From positions 88,370 through 152,369 of the forward strand of contig JBBDNK010000001.1 in the NCBI GenBank assembly GCA_040877625.1: a stretch of 64,000 nucleotides of DNA, given 5' to 3'. The notes under the pieces are model-generated. The model was not told the origin of the DNA and did not search any database. It saw nothing but the letters and a program-made list of their open reading frames with translations. A program made the translations under genes and the position numbers. Shown here piece after piece: positions 22,460 through 33,239 of the stretch. The DNA is from Aquisalimonadaceae bacterium. Lineage in GTDB: Bacteria > Pseudomonadota > Gammaproteobacteria > Nitrococcales > Aquisalimonadaceae. Position 1 is the stretch's first letter, and each line of letters opens with the position of its first letter.

Positions 22460-22651
22460 CTACCGAACCAGGTAGATCAATCCCAGTCCGACGAGCATGG
22501 CGCCCAGACCAATAGTACGCATGGTACGGTCATTCATGCGCATGATCTGCGACAGCATCTCCCGCAGCCGGGCGGGACTCAGGAAGGGCATAATGCCCTC
22601 GAAAATGAGCATCAGACCGATTGCCGTCAGCAGGATTTCCCAGTTTCCCAT
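22460..22651 (-). CDS. yjeT: Small membrane protein, DUF2065 (YjeT-like)
   Basis: 63 aa with two hydrophobic helices, in the position after hflC seen in E. coli. GGAGG lies 4 nt upstream of the ATG. Confidence 0.7.
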   Translation of the reverse strand: MGNWEILLTAIGLMLIFEGIMPFLSPARLREMLSQIMRMNDRTMRTIGLGAMLVGLGLIYLVR

Positions 22652-22662
22652 CCCGCCTCCAC

Positions 22663-22695
22663 AAAAAAGCCGGGCGGTTTTCGTAAACCGCCCGG
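22663..22695 (-). terminator. Rho-independent terminator after hflC
   Basis: A perfect 11-bp stem, CCGGGCGGTTT (22670-22680) with AAACCGCCCGG (22685-22695), and loop TCGT. On the minus strand it is followed by TTTTTT. Confidence 0.8.
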
Positions 22696-22727
22696 TTCAT
22701 CATCCGACCAGCAACTGATTACCGTTA

Positions 22728-23600
22728 TCAGTCTTCGCTCCGCGAGCGCTGGAAGTACTGGAAGAACTCGGTATCGGGCGACAGCACGAGAACGTCATCC
22801 TGCCCCTGGAAAGCCTGCTGATAGGACCGCAGACTCCGCTGGAAGGAGAAGAATTCTCGATCACGATTGAAGGCGCTGGCATAGATATCCGTAGCCTCCG
22901 CGTCCCCGACACCCCGAAGTTCCTCGGAGTCCCGGCGCGCCTCAGCAACGACGACCGTTCGCTGGCGATCGGCATCAGCACGGATCCGCTCCGACGCCTC
23001 GTCACCACGAGCCCTTATATCACGAGCCACCCGTTCACGTTCAGCCACCATACGGGAGAAGACGGATTCGCTGACGTTTGGTGGCAGATCGACACGCTTG
23101 AGGCGGACATCGACCACCTCGACACCAAGGGCCTTACCGAATTCATTGCCCCGCGCACGGAGAATATCCATGATCTGGGCGCGTTCGCCGGAAATCACGT
23201 CCTGAATGTCGCGACGGCCGAACTCGCTGCGTAACGTATCCTTGATGTGTTCGTTCAGACGCAGATTGGCCTGAGCGGGGTCGCCCCCTACCGTGGTGTA
23301 AAACTGCCGCACATCAGCGACGCGCCACTTCACGAACGCATCCACGATCAGGTTCTTCAACTCACCGGTCAAATAGCGCTCAGGCTCGGCGTCCAGGGTC
23401 TGCACCCGGCCGTCGAACTTACGCACGTTGTTTATGAAAGGCACCTTGAAGTGCAGACCAGGTTCGTAATCGGCGCGGATTATCTCGCCCAGCCGGAATT
23501 TTAAGGCGCGCTCCGCTTCGTGCACCGTGAATACGGAGAAATACAACAGCACCAGCGCGCCGACTATTACTGCGGAAATCAACGACTTGACCGGAGTCAT
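22728..23600 (-). CDS. hflC: FtsH modulator HflC (SPFH/band-7)
   Basis: 290 aa with an N-terminal TM helix followed by an SPFH domain. Its start overlaps the hflK stop by 1 nt. Confidence 0.92.
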   Translation of the reverse strand: MTPVKSLISAVIVGALVLLYFSVFTVHEAERALKFRLGEIIRADYEPGLHFKVPFINNVRKFDGRVQTLDAEPERYLTGELKNLIVDAFVKWRVADVRQFYTTVGGDPAQANLRLNEHIKDTLRSEFGRRDIQDVISGERAQIMDILRARGNEFGKALGVEVVDVRLKRVDLPPNVSESVFSRMVAERERVARDIRARGDEASERIRADADRQRTVVVAEARRDSEELRGVGDAEATDIYASAFNRDREFFSFQRSLRSYQQAFQGQDDVLVLSPDTEFFQYFQRSRSED

Positions 23601-24823
23601 CAGCGAGCCTCCCTGGAGCGCAGATCCCCGCGGCCGCGGGCACCCGAAGTATAGGTATCACCTGAACCGTCCAGTCGTCGGTTGACCACATCGGAGTCAA
23701 GCTGGCGTACGGCACTATCGTTCCTGGGACCGCGGCTGCCTGAGTCACGCAGCCGGTCCAGGGGCAGGTACAAGAGCGGATCGCCGGCGCCGCCGTCGAT
23801 CATGACCTTGCTGGTGCGGCCGAGAATAGCGGCCATGGCATCCAGATAAAGACGCTCACGGGTGACTTCCGGCGCTTGGCTGTATTCCTCAAGCTGAGCC
23901 AGGAAGCGGGAGCTTTCGCCTTCCGCCTCGGCAACCACCTGCTCGCGATAACCCTCGGCCTCTTCCCGGATACGAGCGGCTTCACCCTGGGCGCGCGGCA
24001 GTATCTCGTTTCGATATGCATTCGCCTGGTTGATCTTCCGCTGCTCATCCTCGCGCGCCATGATGGCGTCTTCGAACGCGGCCTGCACCTGTTCCGGCGG
24101 TTGCACGTCCTGAATATCGACACTCACGACCTGCACGCCCGTGTCGTAGCGCTCCATTGTCTGCGACACCAGATTCTGCGTTTCCTGCGCGACTTCGGTG
24201 CGCCCCTCGGTCAGCACGAAGTCCATGCGGCGCTTGCCGACCACTTCGCGCAGGGCACTTTCCGACACCTGTTTCAGCGTCGCGTCCGGATCACGGAAGT
24301 GGAATCGATAGGCCATGGGATCACTGACCTGATACTGCACGGCCAGACGGACATCGACGATATTTTCATCCTGCGTCAGCATCAGGGCCTCTCGCGGCAC
24401 CTTCTGCGAACGGTTGGCCGCAATGGTCTGATATCCGATCTCGGCCACGCGCCGCTGCTCTACATTAACCCGCTCAACAGAGCCGATGGGATACGGTGGA
24501 TGCCAGTGCGGGCCAGGCATGGTCGTGCGGGTATACTGGCCGAATCGCAGTTCAACGCCCCGCCAGCCTTCGTCCACGATATAGATGCCGGAAGCCAGCC
24601 AGACCACCGCGACGATGCCGGCGATGATGCCGATGCCCGCGGACCCCATGCCGGTTCCGCCACCACTGGCGCCGTTGCCGCCGCCGGATGAACCCTTGCC
24701 GCCGAACAGGCCGCCAAACTTGCCACGCAGCTTCTTGACTACTTCGTCCAGATCAGGTGGCCCCTGATTTCCGGAGCCTCCCCAAGGATCGCGATTCCCG
24801 CGACCGGGTTCATTCCACGACAT
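23600..24823 (-). CDS. hflK: FtsH modulator HflK (SPFH/band-7)
   Basis: Starts MSWNEPGRGNRDPWGG, followed by a Gly-rich region, a TM helix and an SPFH domain. The ATG at 24823 is preceded by GGAGAG. The upstream 40 codons of the ORF-track call are rejected. Confidence 0.92.
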   Translation of the reverse strand: MSWNEPGRGNRDPWGGSGNQGPPDLDEVVKKLRGKFGGLFGGKGSSGGGNGASGGGTGMGSAGIGIIAGIVAVVWLASGIYIVDEGWRGVELRFGQYTRTTMPGPHWHPPYPIGSVERVNVEQRRVAEIGYQTIAANRSQKVPREALMLTQDENIVDVRLAVQYQVSDPMAYRFHFRDPDATLKQVSESALREVVGKRRMDFVLTEGRTEVAQETQNLVSQTMERYDTGVQVVSVDIQDVQPPEQVQAAFEDAIMAREDEQRKINQANAYRNEILPRAQGEAARIREEAEGYREQVVAEAEGESSRFLAQLEEYSQAPEVTRERLYLDAMAAILGRTSKVMIDGGAGDPLLYLPLDRLRDSGSRGPRNDSAVRQLDSDVVNRRLDGSGDTYTSGARGRGDLRSREAR

Positions 24824-25051
24824 ACAGTCTCTCCGTGCGGTTGCCTTTGTCCGGCGGGTACGACGCATTGCGGCACACGCCGTTGACCGGCATGAAAACC
24901 GGCTCGAACGCATCGCTCTCCGGAACATGCACCAGACTATCACCGGCCATGACCGGCATCCTTCTGGTGTCTTGACTAACGATTCGCCCCAGGGGGCGAA
25001 CGCGTAACAGGACAGTAATTGTAATGACCCTCAATACCAGGCCGCAAGGAA

Positions 25052-26407
25052 TCAGCGCAACGGCGTCGGCTGCATTGGCGCGCGCAGCCCTTCTTTCTCA
25101 TACAGACGGTCCAGATCCCGTCGCCGGACATTGACCTCGAGCAGGACATCCCCGTTGTCCGCCGTCTCTTCCTGTAATACCTCGCCAAGCTCGAACAGCC
25201 GCGACCGCAATCGCCCATCCGCGGGTGCCAACCGTACAGTACCATGGACGCGCTCGGCGCTGATCTGCTCCCGGATCGCCTCCAGCAGCAGATCCTGGCC
25301 CTCGCCGCTAACCGAGGACATCCAGACCTCGTCAATTCCGGTGTCCGCATCCCGCACCCGTCCCGGCCGGCGACCTGCAAGATCAATCTTGTTGAACACG
25401 CGAATCCTCGGCAGCCCGGCCGCGCCGATTTCTTCAAGGACGGTTTCCACATGGCGGATGCTGTCACGCCAGTTGGGATCAGCGGCATCGACGACGTGTA
25501 GAAGCAGCTCGGATTGCGCCGCCTCTTCAAGCGTCGAACGGAACGCAGCCACAAGATGATGGGGTAGCTCGCGGATGAAGCCGACCGTATCTGCCAGAAT
25601 CACCGGCTCGGCAACCCCGGTCTCCAGCTTGCGCAAGGTGGTATCCAGGGTCGCGAACAGGCGATCGTCGGCATAGACCTGCGCCTCGGTAAGCCTGTTG
25701 AACAGTGTTGATTTGCCGGCGTTGGTATAACCGACGAGGGAAACCGTGGGCAATTGCTGCCGGCGTCGGGACTGGCGCCCCTGCTCTCGCTGCTTGCGCA
25801 CCCTGGACAACCGGCGCTCAAGCTGTTTGATGCGGATACCCAACATCCGGCGATCGAGTTCCAACTGGGTTTCACCCGGGCCCCGCAGGCCGATGCCGCC
25901 CTTCTGGCGCTCCAGGTGAGTCCAGCCCCGGACCAGCCGCGTCGACATATGGCGCAACTGCGCAAGCTCAACCTGCAGCTTGCCTTCATGGGTGCGTGCC
26001 CGTTGCGCAAAGATATCCAGAATCAGCCCAGTACGATCCAGAACACGGCAACCCACGGCCTGCTCGAGGTTACGTTCCTGGCTTGGGCTCAACGCATGGT
26101 TGAACAGCACCAGGTCCGCCTCGCCGGCGGCAATGATGGCTGCCAGCTCTTCCACCCGTCCGCGACCGATAAAGGTTCGCGAGTCCGGCCGCTGACGGCG
26201 GACAATGATGGTATCCACCACATCCGCTCCCGCGGATTCGGCCAGGGCGCCAAACTCCGCCATAGCCTCATCCACGGATTGCGTATGGCCGTCCATATGG
26301 ACGAGAACGGCCCTCTCGCCACCATTCGGCCGTTCAAAGAAATTCAGTTCGGAGGCGGTAGCCTCCCGTATATCAAGCGTTGCCAATTTCCGACCCGGGC
26401 TTCTCAC
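25052..26407 (-). CDS. hflX: GTPase HflX
   Basis: 451 aa with G1 motif [12 protein letters not shown] plus the HflX N-terminal domain. The annotated start overlaps hfq by 35 nt, so the true start is uncertain. Confidence 0.92.
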   Translation of the reverse strand: MRSPGRKLATLDIREATASELNFFERPNGGERAVLVHMDGHTQSVDEAMAEFGALAESAGADVVDTIIVRRQRPDSRTFIGRGRVEELAAIIAAGEADLVLFNHALSPSQERNLEQAVGCRVLDRTGLILDIFAQRARTHEGKLQVELAQLRHMSTRLVRGWTHLERQKGGIGLRGPGETQLELDRRMLGIRIKQLERRLSRVRKQREQGRQSRRRQQLPTVSLVGYTNAGKSTLFNRLTEAQVYADDRLFATLDTTLRKLETGVAEPVILADTVGFIRELPHHLVAAFRSTLEEAAQSELLLHVVDAADPNWRDSIRHVETVLEEIGAAGLPRIRVFNKIDLAGRRPGRVRDADTGIDEVWMSSVSGEGQDLLLEAIREQISAERVHGTVRLAPADGRLRSRLFELGEVLQEETADNGDVLLEVNVRRRDLDRLYEKEGLRAPMQPTPLR

Positions 26408-26630
26408 CCTCCGCCGGTGCCAGCTTTACGTTGCGAGCCGGCACGACGGTAGATATTGCGTGTTTATAGACCATTTGGCTAACCGTATTCTTCAGCAGCA
26501 CCACGAACTGATCGAAAGACTCGATCTGCCCCTGCAGTTTGATACCGTTGACCAGGTAGATCGATACCGGAATCCTTTCCTTCCGCAGCGCGTTGAGAAA
26601 CGGTTCCTGCAAAGACTGTCCTTTGGACAT
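26373..26630 (-). CDS. hfq: RNA chaperone Hfq
   Basis: Starts [46 protein letters not shown] (Sm1/Sm2 motifs). The ATG at 26630 is preferred. Confidence 0.97.
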   Translation of the reverse strand: MSKGQSLQEPFLNALRKERIPVSIYLVNGIKLQGQIESFDQFVVLLKNTVSQMVYKHAISTVVPARNVKLAPAEGEKPGSEIGNA

Positions 26631-26794
26631 TTCCATGACCCCTCATAATTCTCAATTTAACTTTGTTATCCGCAGGCCCGAAACCGTCAATCCATGCTGT
26701 CCCCAGCCAACGTCTTTGGCACTGCTGCCCACGCGCAGAGTCTAGCACAGGGCAGCCCGCGAACGCCCACCATGAACACATTGAAAAACAGCCC

Positions 26795-27754
26795 TCAATG
26801 CCCTCCTTCGGCACCATCCTGCATTAATCGTACCCGCAATGACATGTCCTTAAGCAGATCGTCGCTCTCGGGGTCAAACCAATCCAGGTCCGGCTCGGAG
26901 CGCAGCCAGGTCAGTTGCCGTTTGGCAAACTGACGGCTCGCCGATACTGCCGCTCGCACCATCTCGGCGTGGTCGAGCCGGCCATCCAGGTATTGCCAGA
27001 TCTGTCGATAACCGACAGCACGCATGGACGAGTAGTTCAAATCCAGATCGCCACGCGCGCGCAGCCGTTGCACCTCGTCGATAAACCCGGACTTCAGCAT
27101 GGCGAGAAACCGCTCTTCTATACGCGCATGCAGACGCGTACGTTCAGGCGGCATCAGCGCCCAGCGCACATAGTGCCAGCTTCCAGCCGACGTTTCCCGC
27201 GACGACATCAGACTGGTCATGGGGCGACCGGTCAATTCGTATACTTCCAGCGCCCGCTGGATACGTTGCGTGTCGTTCCGATGAATCCGCGCCGCAGCCT
27301 CCGAATCAACCCGCTGCAATCGCCGATGCAGCGCCCCCCACCCATGTTCCAGGGCCTGCTGAAGAAGTCGCTCCCGCAGGTCCGGATCTGCGGAGGGCAG
27401 TACCGACAGCCCCTGCATCAGGGCACGAAAATACAGCATCGTCCCACCCACCAGCAATGGCACGCGGCCCTTTTCCTGGATATCCCTGATTTCGCGCAGG
27501 GCATCGTCGCGAAAACGTGCCGCTGAATAGGTCTCGGTGGGTTCACAGATATCGATCAGGCGGTGAGGTGCGCGCGCCAGCATATCCGCTTCCGGCTTTG
27601 CGGTTCCGATGTCCATGCCGCGGTAAACCATGGCCGAATCCACGCTGACAATGTCCAGCGGAAAGCGCTGCGCCAGCTCCACGGCCACGCCGGTCTTGCC
27701 CGATGCCGTGGGCCCCATCAGGCAAATAACCGGTAGAGAATGGTCCATGGCCAT
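26795..27754 (-). CDS. miaA: tRNA dimethylallyltransferase
   Basis: 319 aa with P-loop GPTASGKT, in mutL-miaA-hfq synteny. Confidence 0.95.
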   Translation of the reverse strand: MAMDHSLPVICLMGPTASGKTGVAVELAQRFPLDIVSVDSAMVYRGMDIGTAKPEADMLARAPHRLIDICEPTETYSAARFRDDALREIRDIQEKGRVPLLVGGTMLYFRALMQGLSVLPSADPDLRERLLQQALEHGWGALHRRLQRVDSEAAARIHRNDTQRIQRALEVYELTGRPMTSLMSSRETSAGSWHYVRWALMPPERTRLHARIEERFLAMLKSGFIDEVQRLRARGDLDLNYSSMRAVGYRQIWQYLDGRLDHAEMVRAAVSASRQFAKRQLTWLRSEPDLDWFDPESDDLLKDMSLRVRLMQDGAEGGH

Positions 27755-27768
27755 CCAGCGCCTGCCCT

Positions 27769-29661
27769 TTACTGGCCGCGCAGAAACAGGCGATCCAGCT
27801 CAACCATGCTGAGCTGGGTCCAGGTGGGGCGGCCGTGATTGCATTGGCCGCTGTTGGCTGTGTTTTCCATATCACGCAACAGCGCGTTCATCTCCGGTAA
27901 CGACATCTTGCGATGGGCGCGAACCGAGCCGTGGCAAGCCATGGTCGCCAGCACGTGGTTGATGGCCTCCTGAATACGGGCATGGTCCCCATGCCGGCCC
28001 AGGTCGGCCAGCACATCGCGCACCAGCGCGGCAACGTCCGCGCCTTGCAGCAGCACCGGTACCTGCCTGACCAGCAGTGTCTCCGGTCCTGCCCGATCCA
28101 CCTCCAGTCCCAGGCCCCGGAATGCATCGCCGTACTCTTCGGCGATATCGGCTTCATGGGTAGATACTGCCAGGCTGACGGGCACCAGCAAGCTCTGCGA
28201 GGCAATACCATCGCCAGTCATGGCAGATTTCATGCGCTCGTAGACAATGCGTTCGTGGGCGGCATGCATGTCCACCAGCACCATGCCGTGGGCATTCTGG
28301 GCAATGAGATAGACGCCGTGAACCTGTGCCAGCGCGTAGCCGAGCGGTGGCGCATCCGCTGCTGACGGGTCAGGCACGGGCCGAGGATGGGCGCGGTCGG
28401 CAGGGGGCGCTTGACGACGGGAGCCCGCCTGCGGCCGGGCGGGCCGGGACGCTGTCGCCGGCAATTCCGGCTCCGGCGCGCTTGCGCGCTCCGCGTACAG
28501 CGCCCGCGCTTCCTCGACCGCGAAGCGCATATTCCCCTGTGCAGGCTTGTGCGCGGACGGCATGGCGGCCGTCTTCGAACGTCCGGGTGTTGCTCCCGCA
28601 GGCCTGAGCGCCGGCGCCGCGGAGCCACCGGGGATCACGGCATCGGCGGGGCGAATACGCACCAGGGCCTGATGTAGATTCCGGAACAGAAAATCGTGGA
28701 TCAGCCGACCATCTCGAAAACGCACCTCGGATTTGGCCGGATGCACGTTCACGTCGACCTGGCCCGGATCCACGTCCAGATACAAGACATAGGCTGGATA
28801 GCGATCCTTGAACAGCACATCGTGGAACGCCCGCCGTATCGCATACGCGGCCATGCGGTCACGAACCATGCGCCCGTTCACGTACAGATACTGCAGATCC
28901 GGCTGGCTGCGGGAGAATGTCGGCAGACCGATCCAGCCGGACAAGCCCAGACCCGCGGCCTCCGTATCGAGCCGCAGCGCCTGCTCCACGAATTCCCGTC
29001 CAAGCAGCCGGGCCAGCCTCCGCTCCGCGCCATCCTCGTCAACACCCGGCTCGAGTTGCAGAACCTCACGATCATTGTGTCGCAGCGTCAACGCGAAATC
29101 GAAACGGCTGAGACCCAGCCGTCGCACCAGCTCGTGAATGTGCCCGAATTCGGTTCGATCAGTACGCAGAAACTTGCGGCGCCCCGGCGTATTGAAAAAC
29201 AGATCATGCACCTCCACCGAGGTACCATCCGGATGGGCCGCTGGGCATGGCTCGTCGGTAATGTGGCGTCCGTCGCTCTCGAGCTGCCAGGCCTCCGCCG
29301 CGCCGCGAACACGGGACGTGAGCACCAGGCGGGATACCGATGCGATGCTGGGCAGGGCTTCCCCCCGGAAACCCAGACTGCTCACCTTTTCAAGGTCCTG
29401 CAACGAGGCGATCTTGCTGGTGGCATGGCGTGAGAGCGCCAATGCCAGGTCCTCGGAGCGCATGCCAATGCCATTATCACGCACCCTGATGAGCCGTTTT
29501 CCGCCAGCCTGAAGATCGATTTCGATTCGGTCGGCGCCGGCATCCAGGCTGTTCTCCATCAACTCCTTTACCACGGACGCCGGGCGCTCGACGACCTCGC
29601 CGGCGGCGATCTGGTTGATTAGCTGTTCGGGGAGCTGACGTATGCGTGGAGTGGAATCCAT
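27769..29661 (-). CDS. mutL: DNA mismatch repair protein MutL
   Basis: Starts [42 protein letters not shown] (GHKL ATPase), followed by a Pro/Ala-rich linker and a C-terminal dimerisation domain. The ATG at 29661 is preferred. Confidence 0.95.
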   Translation of the reverse strand: MDSTPRIRQLPEQLINQIAAGEVVERPASVVKELMENSLDAGADRIEIDLQAGGKRLIRVRDNGIGMRSEDLALALSRHATSKIASLQDLEKVSSLGFRGEALPSIASVSRLVLTSRVRGAAEAWQLESDGRHITDEPCPAAHPDGTSVEVHDLFFNTPGRRKFLRTDRTEFGHIHELVRRLGLSRFDFALTLRHNDREVLQLEPGVDEDGAERRLARLLGREFVEQALRLDTEAAGLGLSGWIGLPTFSRSQPDLQYLYVNGRMVRDRMAAYAIRRAFHDVLFKDRYPAYVLYLDVDPGQVDVNVHPAKSEVRFRDGRLIHDFLFRNLHQALVRIRPADAVIPGGSAAPALRPAGATPGRSKTAAMPSAHKPAQGNMRFAVEEARALYAERASAPEPELPATASRPARPQAGSRRQAPPADRAHPRPVPDPSAADAPPLGYALAQVHGVYLIAQNAHGMVLVDMHAAHERIVYERMKSAMTGDGIASQSLLVPVSLAVSTHEADIAEEYGDAFRGLGLEVDRAGPETLLVRQVPVLLQGADVAALVRDVLADLGRHGDHARIQEAINHVLATMACHGSVRAHRKMSLPEMNALLRDMENTANSGQCNHGRPTWTQLSMVELDRLFLRGQ

Positions 29662-29756
29662 CGGGCCTGCATGGGGTAGCGAAAAGATGGAGGCCATTAT
29701 GAGCCAATGAAGGCCCTCACTACCACCAGGGGTACCGGCGTGCAATGGGTCCGACG

Positions 29757-31028
29757 CTACGGAATCCGCAGCGTCGTCCCAACGATGATGCGATCGCCGT
29801 TGAGGTCATTGGCGCTTCGAAGTTTGCTCACACTCACCTGGTGCTGACGGGCGATGCCGCTCAGGGTGTCTCCACGCTTCACCACATGCTCACGGCCGCC
29901 GGCGATCTGCGTACTACCCGGCATTTGCCGCTCCGCATAGGCGCTGACACCGTTTGCCATGGCGCGTGCCAGCTTCCACTGATGATCGGGGCCACGCAGC
30001 AGCCGCTCTTCAGCAGAGTTGGAAATGAAGGCCAACTCCACCAGCACGGACGGCATATCCAGGGACTGCAACACCACAAAACCGGCACGCTCAACGTCCT
30101 TCTTGTGGATCGGGCCAACCGAAGCCATCTGCTGAAGCACATCCGACGCCAGTTCGACACTGGCCTCCAGGGTGGCGCCCCTGGAAAGGTCCACCAGCAC
30201 GGAGCGCACGAGTTCATCCTTGTCCGACAGCGATACACCGCCAATCAGATCCGCTGCATTCTCCCGCTGGGCCAGCAAGCGGGCCGCCTGCGATGTCGCA
30301 CCGGTCTGAGAAAGCGTATACACCGACGAACCGCGCGGACCGCCGCTCTCGACGGCGTCGGCATGGATTGAAACAAAGATGTCCGCGCGTTCGGAACGCG
30401 CCCGTTCCCGGCGTTCCGCGAGCGGCACGAACCGATCATCCTCCCGGATCAGAATCGGACGCACGCCAGGCTGCTTGTCGAGCAGATAGGCGAGTTTTCG
30501 AGCGACATCGAGCACGATATCCTTCTCGCGGGTTCCGCCGGGACCGATCGCGCCGGGATCACGGCCCCCGTGCCCGGCATCAATGGCGACGACCAGTTCC
30601 CGTCGCTGGCTGCTGCTTGCTGAGCGGACCGGTTGCTGGCGCTGTTCCGCGTCACGCAGATCTATAACCAGGCGATGACCGAACTGGCCGTTGGGCTCCA
30701 CCAGAAAACTCTGAGTGCGGACAGCGCGTTCGACATCCAGCACCATGCGCAGATCCTGGTCACCGCGCGCGCCGCTGCGTACCTGCTTCAGGACACCCTG
30801 GGCGTCCGGCGAGCCCCCGTCCGTCAACACCGCGTCGCTGATATCGACCACCACACGATCCGGCCCCGTCAGCGTAAAGACGCGATGTTCGACGGGGCCG
30901 GAGAGATCCAGCACCACCCGGGTCTCGCCGCCTTCCGCCCACACCCGCACGCTTTCCACCCGCGCCTGATCGGCCATGGCGGAACTGGCGATAAACAGAA
31001 GAATGAGACTCCACAACACGCGGTTCAT
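29757..31028 (-). CDS. amiB: N-acetylmuramoyl-L-alanine amidase with C-terminal LysM domain
   Basis: 423 aa with a signal peptide, an AMIN-like N-domain, an Amidase_3 core ([11 protein letters not shown]) and a LysM domain ([27 protein letters not shown]). Confidence 0.9.
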   Translation of the reverse strand: MNRVLWSLILLFIASSAMADQARVESVRVWAEGGETRVVLDLSGPVEHRVFTLTGPDRVVVDISDAVLTDGGSPDAQGVLKQVRSGARGDQDLRMVLDVERAVRTQSFLVEPNGQFGHRLVIDLRDAEQRQQPVRSASSSQRRELVVAIDAGHGGRDPGAIGPGGTREKDIVLDVARKLAYLLDKQPGVRPILIREDDRFVPLAERRERARSERADIFVSIHADAVESGGPRGSSVYTLSQTGATSQAARLLAQRENAADLIGGVSLSDKDELVRSVLVDLSRGATLEASVELASDVLQQMASVGPIHKKDVERAGFVVLQSLDMPSVLVELAFISNSAEERLLRGPDHQWKLARAMANGVSAYAERQMPGSTQIAGGREHVVKRGDTLSGIARQHQVSVSKLRSANDLNGDRIIVGTTLRIP

Positions 31029-31217
31029 TTATAGACGCCCGGGCGCTCCAATGCGGGATTTATCAAACGGTATACTGCAAACGGAGTAATTTGCAACAAA
31101 AATGTTATTGTTCGCAGCCAGATAGAACAGACATCCAGAATTGAAATCAGGAGTTAGTCGTTGATGCCGCTGCTGTTCCTGTGGTTTCGGATACAGTCGC
31201 GAAAGCTCCGGCCCGGA

Positions 31218-31688
31218 TCAGCCTGGCAGGCTTTCAAGCAACCGCGCGCCCACGTCCGACGAGGCTTCCAGCACCGCTTCACGTCCGGTGCCACGGTACG
31301 AGAGGGTGATGGAAAGGTCTGGTTCCGGCAATGCGCCGAGGCCGCGTTCCGGCCATTCGACCAGAACCAGCACGGGGCCGGAGAGCAGCTCTCGCAGGCC
31401 GATATAGTCCAGCTCACCGGCGTCCGCGAGCCGGTACAGATCCAGATGCAAACATCCGCGATCCGCCAGGTCATACGGTTCCAGCAGCGTATAGGTCGGG
31501 CTTCGGACGATGCCAGCATGGCCAAGGGCACGCAACATCCCGCGTACCAGCGTAGTCTTGCCGGCGCCCAGATCGCCGTGCAGATAAACAATCTGCCGTG
31601 GCAGCCCCCTGCCGGCGGCGGCCAGCTCACTGCCCAGCGCCATGGTGGCCGGCTCATCTTCCAACAGCCGCTGAACTGAAGCGGTCAT
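31218..31688 (-). CDS. tsaE: tRNA t6A37 biosynthesis ATPase TsaE
   Basis: 156 aa with P-loop GDLGAGKTTLVRG. Overlaps the nnr stop by 4 nt. Confidence 0.92.
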   Translation of the reverse strand: MTASVQRLLEDEPATMALGSELAAAGRGLPRQIVYLHGDLGAGKTTLVRGMLRALGHAGIVRSPTYTLLEPYDLADRGCLHLDLYRLADAGELDYIGLRELLSGPVLVLVEWPERGLGALPEPDLSITLSYRGTGREAVLEASSDVGARLLESLPG

Positions 31689-33166
31689 GGGTTTACAAGG
31701 GTACGGATCATGGCCGGCAGGTCGGAGGCAGCCAGCCCCCGCTCTCCGCGCGCCCTGGCAATGCGGTCACCGGCCTCCGCATGTACGCACACACCGGTTT
31801 CCGCAGCCTGCCGCGAGCCGATGCCCTGTGCCCGTAGCGCCGTAATCAGGCCGGCCAGAACATCACCGGTTCCCCCGGTCGCCAGTCCGGGATTACCGCC
31901 GGCGCAGACGGAAGGCACTGCCGCCGCTCCCGCGATCACGGTTCCCGCCCCCTTCAGGACGACAACTCCCCCGTACCGCTTGACAATAGCGTCGGCAACG
32001 GCGAAACGGTCCGCCTGAACGTCCGTCACGGGCAGTCCCAGTAAACGAGCCGCCTCGCCGGGGTGAGGCGTCAGTACCCAGTCATCGCGGCGCGTCGACG
32101 TTCCGTTCAGCAGGTTCAGCCCGTCGGCATCCAGCACCAGCGGCTTGCCGCTATCCAGTGCCTGCGCAAACAGCGCCCGCCCCCAGGCCGACTGGCCCAG
32201 CCCCGGCCCCAGAAGCACCACCGATGCACGCGCCAGCAGCGGTTCGATGCCGGCCGGTTCCTCGATGCCGTGGACCATGAGCTCCGGCTGCGCCGCCAGC
32301 AAACCGCCGACATGACGTTCTCTTGTCGCCACGGAAACCAGCCCGGCTCCGGCCCGCAACGCCGACATGCCGGCCAGCAGCACGGCTCCGCCCATGCCGT
32401 GGTCGCCGCCAATCACCAGCACATGGCCGTAGTGGCCCTTGTGCCCGGTACGCCGCCGCGGCCCCAGCAGGCCACGAACGTGCTCGTACGCTACACGCCG
32501 GGCTGCCGGCTCAATGCCCTCCGCGGCGGCATCCGGCACATCCAGGTCATCGAACCGCAAGCGTCCGACATGGCCCGGTCCTGCCCCGGTGTAGAGTCCA
32601 CGCTTGAGGGCCAGGAAGGTCATGGTTGCTTCGGCTTCCACCGCAACACCCAGCACCGCACCCGTGTCTCCGTGCAGCCCGGAGGGTATATCCACGGCAA
32701 ACACCGGAGACGGGGACGCATTCATGGCCAGTATCGCGTCTCGCCAGGCGCCCTCTACCGGGCGGTCCAGACCGGTACCGAACAGGGCGTCCACCAATAT
32801 CGCGTCTTCGGTGTCAACATCACCGCTAAACGCGCTGCGCCGACCGCCTGTATCCAGATAGCGGTTTGCGGCCGTGGCCGCATCGCCACGCAATCGCGCT
32901 GGATCGCCGAGCTGCAATACCTCCACGTCCAGACCGTCAAGCTGCGCCAGGGCAGCGATGATATAGCCATCGCCGCCGTTGTTCCCGGTGCCGCAGAACA
33001 CCCGCATTCGGCGCCGCTCCGGCCAGCTGGCTCGCAGAGTACGGTAAGCTCGCGTACCGGCGCGTTCCATCAGGGTCAATCCCGGAATTCCCAGCCGCTG
33101 GATTGCCTGCCGGTCCATCGCGGCAACCTGATCCGGTCGGTAGAGCTGAATTGGTCGCTGTTCCAT
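31685..33166 (-). CDS. nnr: Bifunctional NAD(P)H-hydrate epimerase/ADP-dependent dehydratase (YjeF)
   Basis: 493 aa with an N-terminal YjeF_N domain (GTGNNGGDG) and a C-terminal carbohydrate-kinase domain (GGTGDVLAG). Confidence 0.9.
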   Translation of the reverse strand: MEQRPIQLYRPDQVAAMDRQAIQRLGIPGLTLMERAGTRAYRTLRASWPERRRMRVFCGTGNNGGDGYIIAALAQLDGLDVEVLQLGDPARLRGDAATAANRYLDTGGRRSAFSGDVDTEDAILVDALFGTGLDRPVEGAWRDAILAMNASPSPVFAVDIPSGLHGDTGAVLGVAVEAEATMTFLALKRGLYTGAGPGHVGRLRFDDLDVPDAAAEGIEPAARRVAYEHVRGLLGPRRRTGHKGHYGHVLVIGGDHGMGGAVLLAGMSALRAGAGLVSVATRERHVGGLLAAQPELMVHGIEEPAGIEPLLARASVVLLGPGLGQSAWGRALFAQALDSGKPLVLDADGLNLLNGTSTRRDDWVLTPHPGEAARLLGLPVTDVQADRFAVADAIVKRYGGVVVLKGAGTVIAGAAAVPSVCAGGNPGLATGGTGDVLAGLITALRAQGIGSRQAAETGVCVHAEAGDRIARARGERGLAASDLPAMIRTLVNP

Positions 33167-33239
33167 GGGCCGCAGTATAGCCGAGTGAATTGGCCACTTT
33201 CATTTCGCTGACCCCACGCCACGGCTTACACTATCGGGC

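Noticed and set aside
24824-24943. A 40-codon N-terminal extension of hflK in the ORF track. Similar upstream extensions exist for hupB, rplI, purA, mutL, lptG, ilvH, the second cytochrome c, acyP, wrbA and the SDR.
   Set aside because: In each case a downstream ATG reproduces the canonical family N-terminus, usually with an SD or an ATGA/TAATG coupling to the upstream gene.
24810-25034. A 74-aa minus-strand ORF in the hflX-hflK spacer.
   Set aside because: It has a TTG start with no SD, overlaps the hflK start, and shows no family similarity. The spacer is treated as non-coding.
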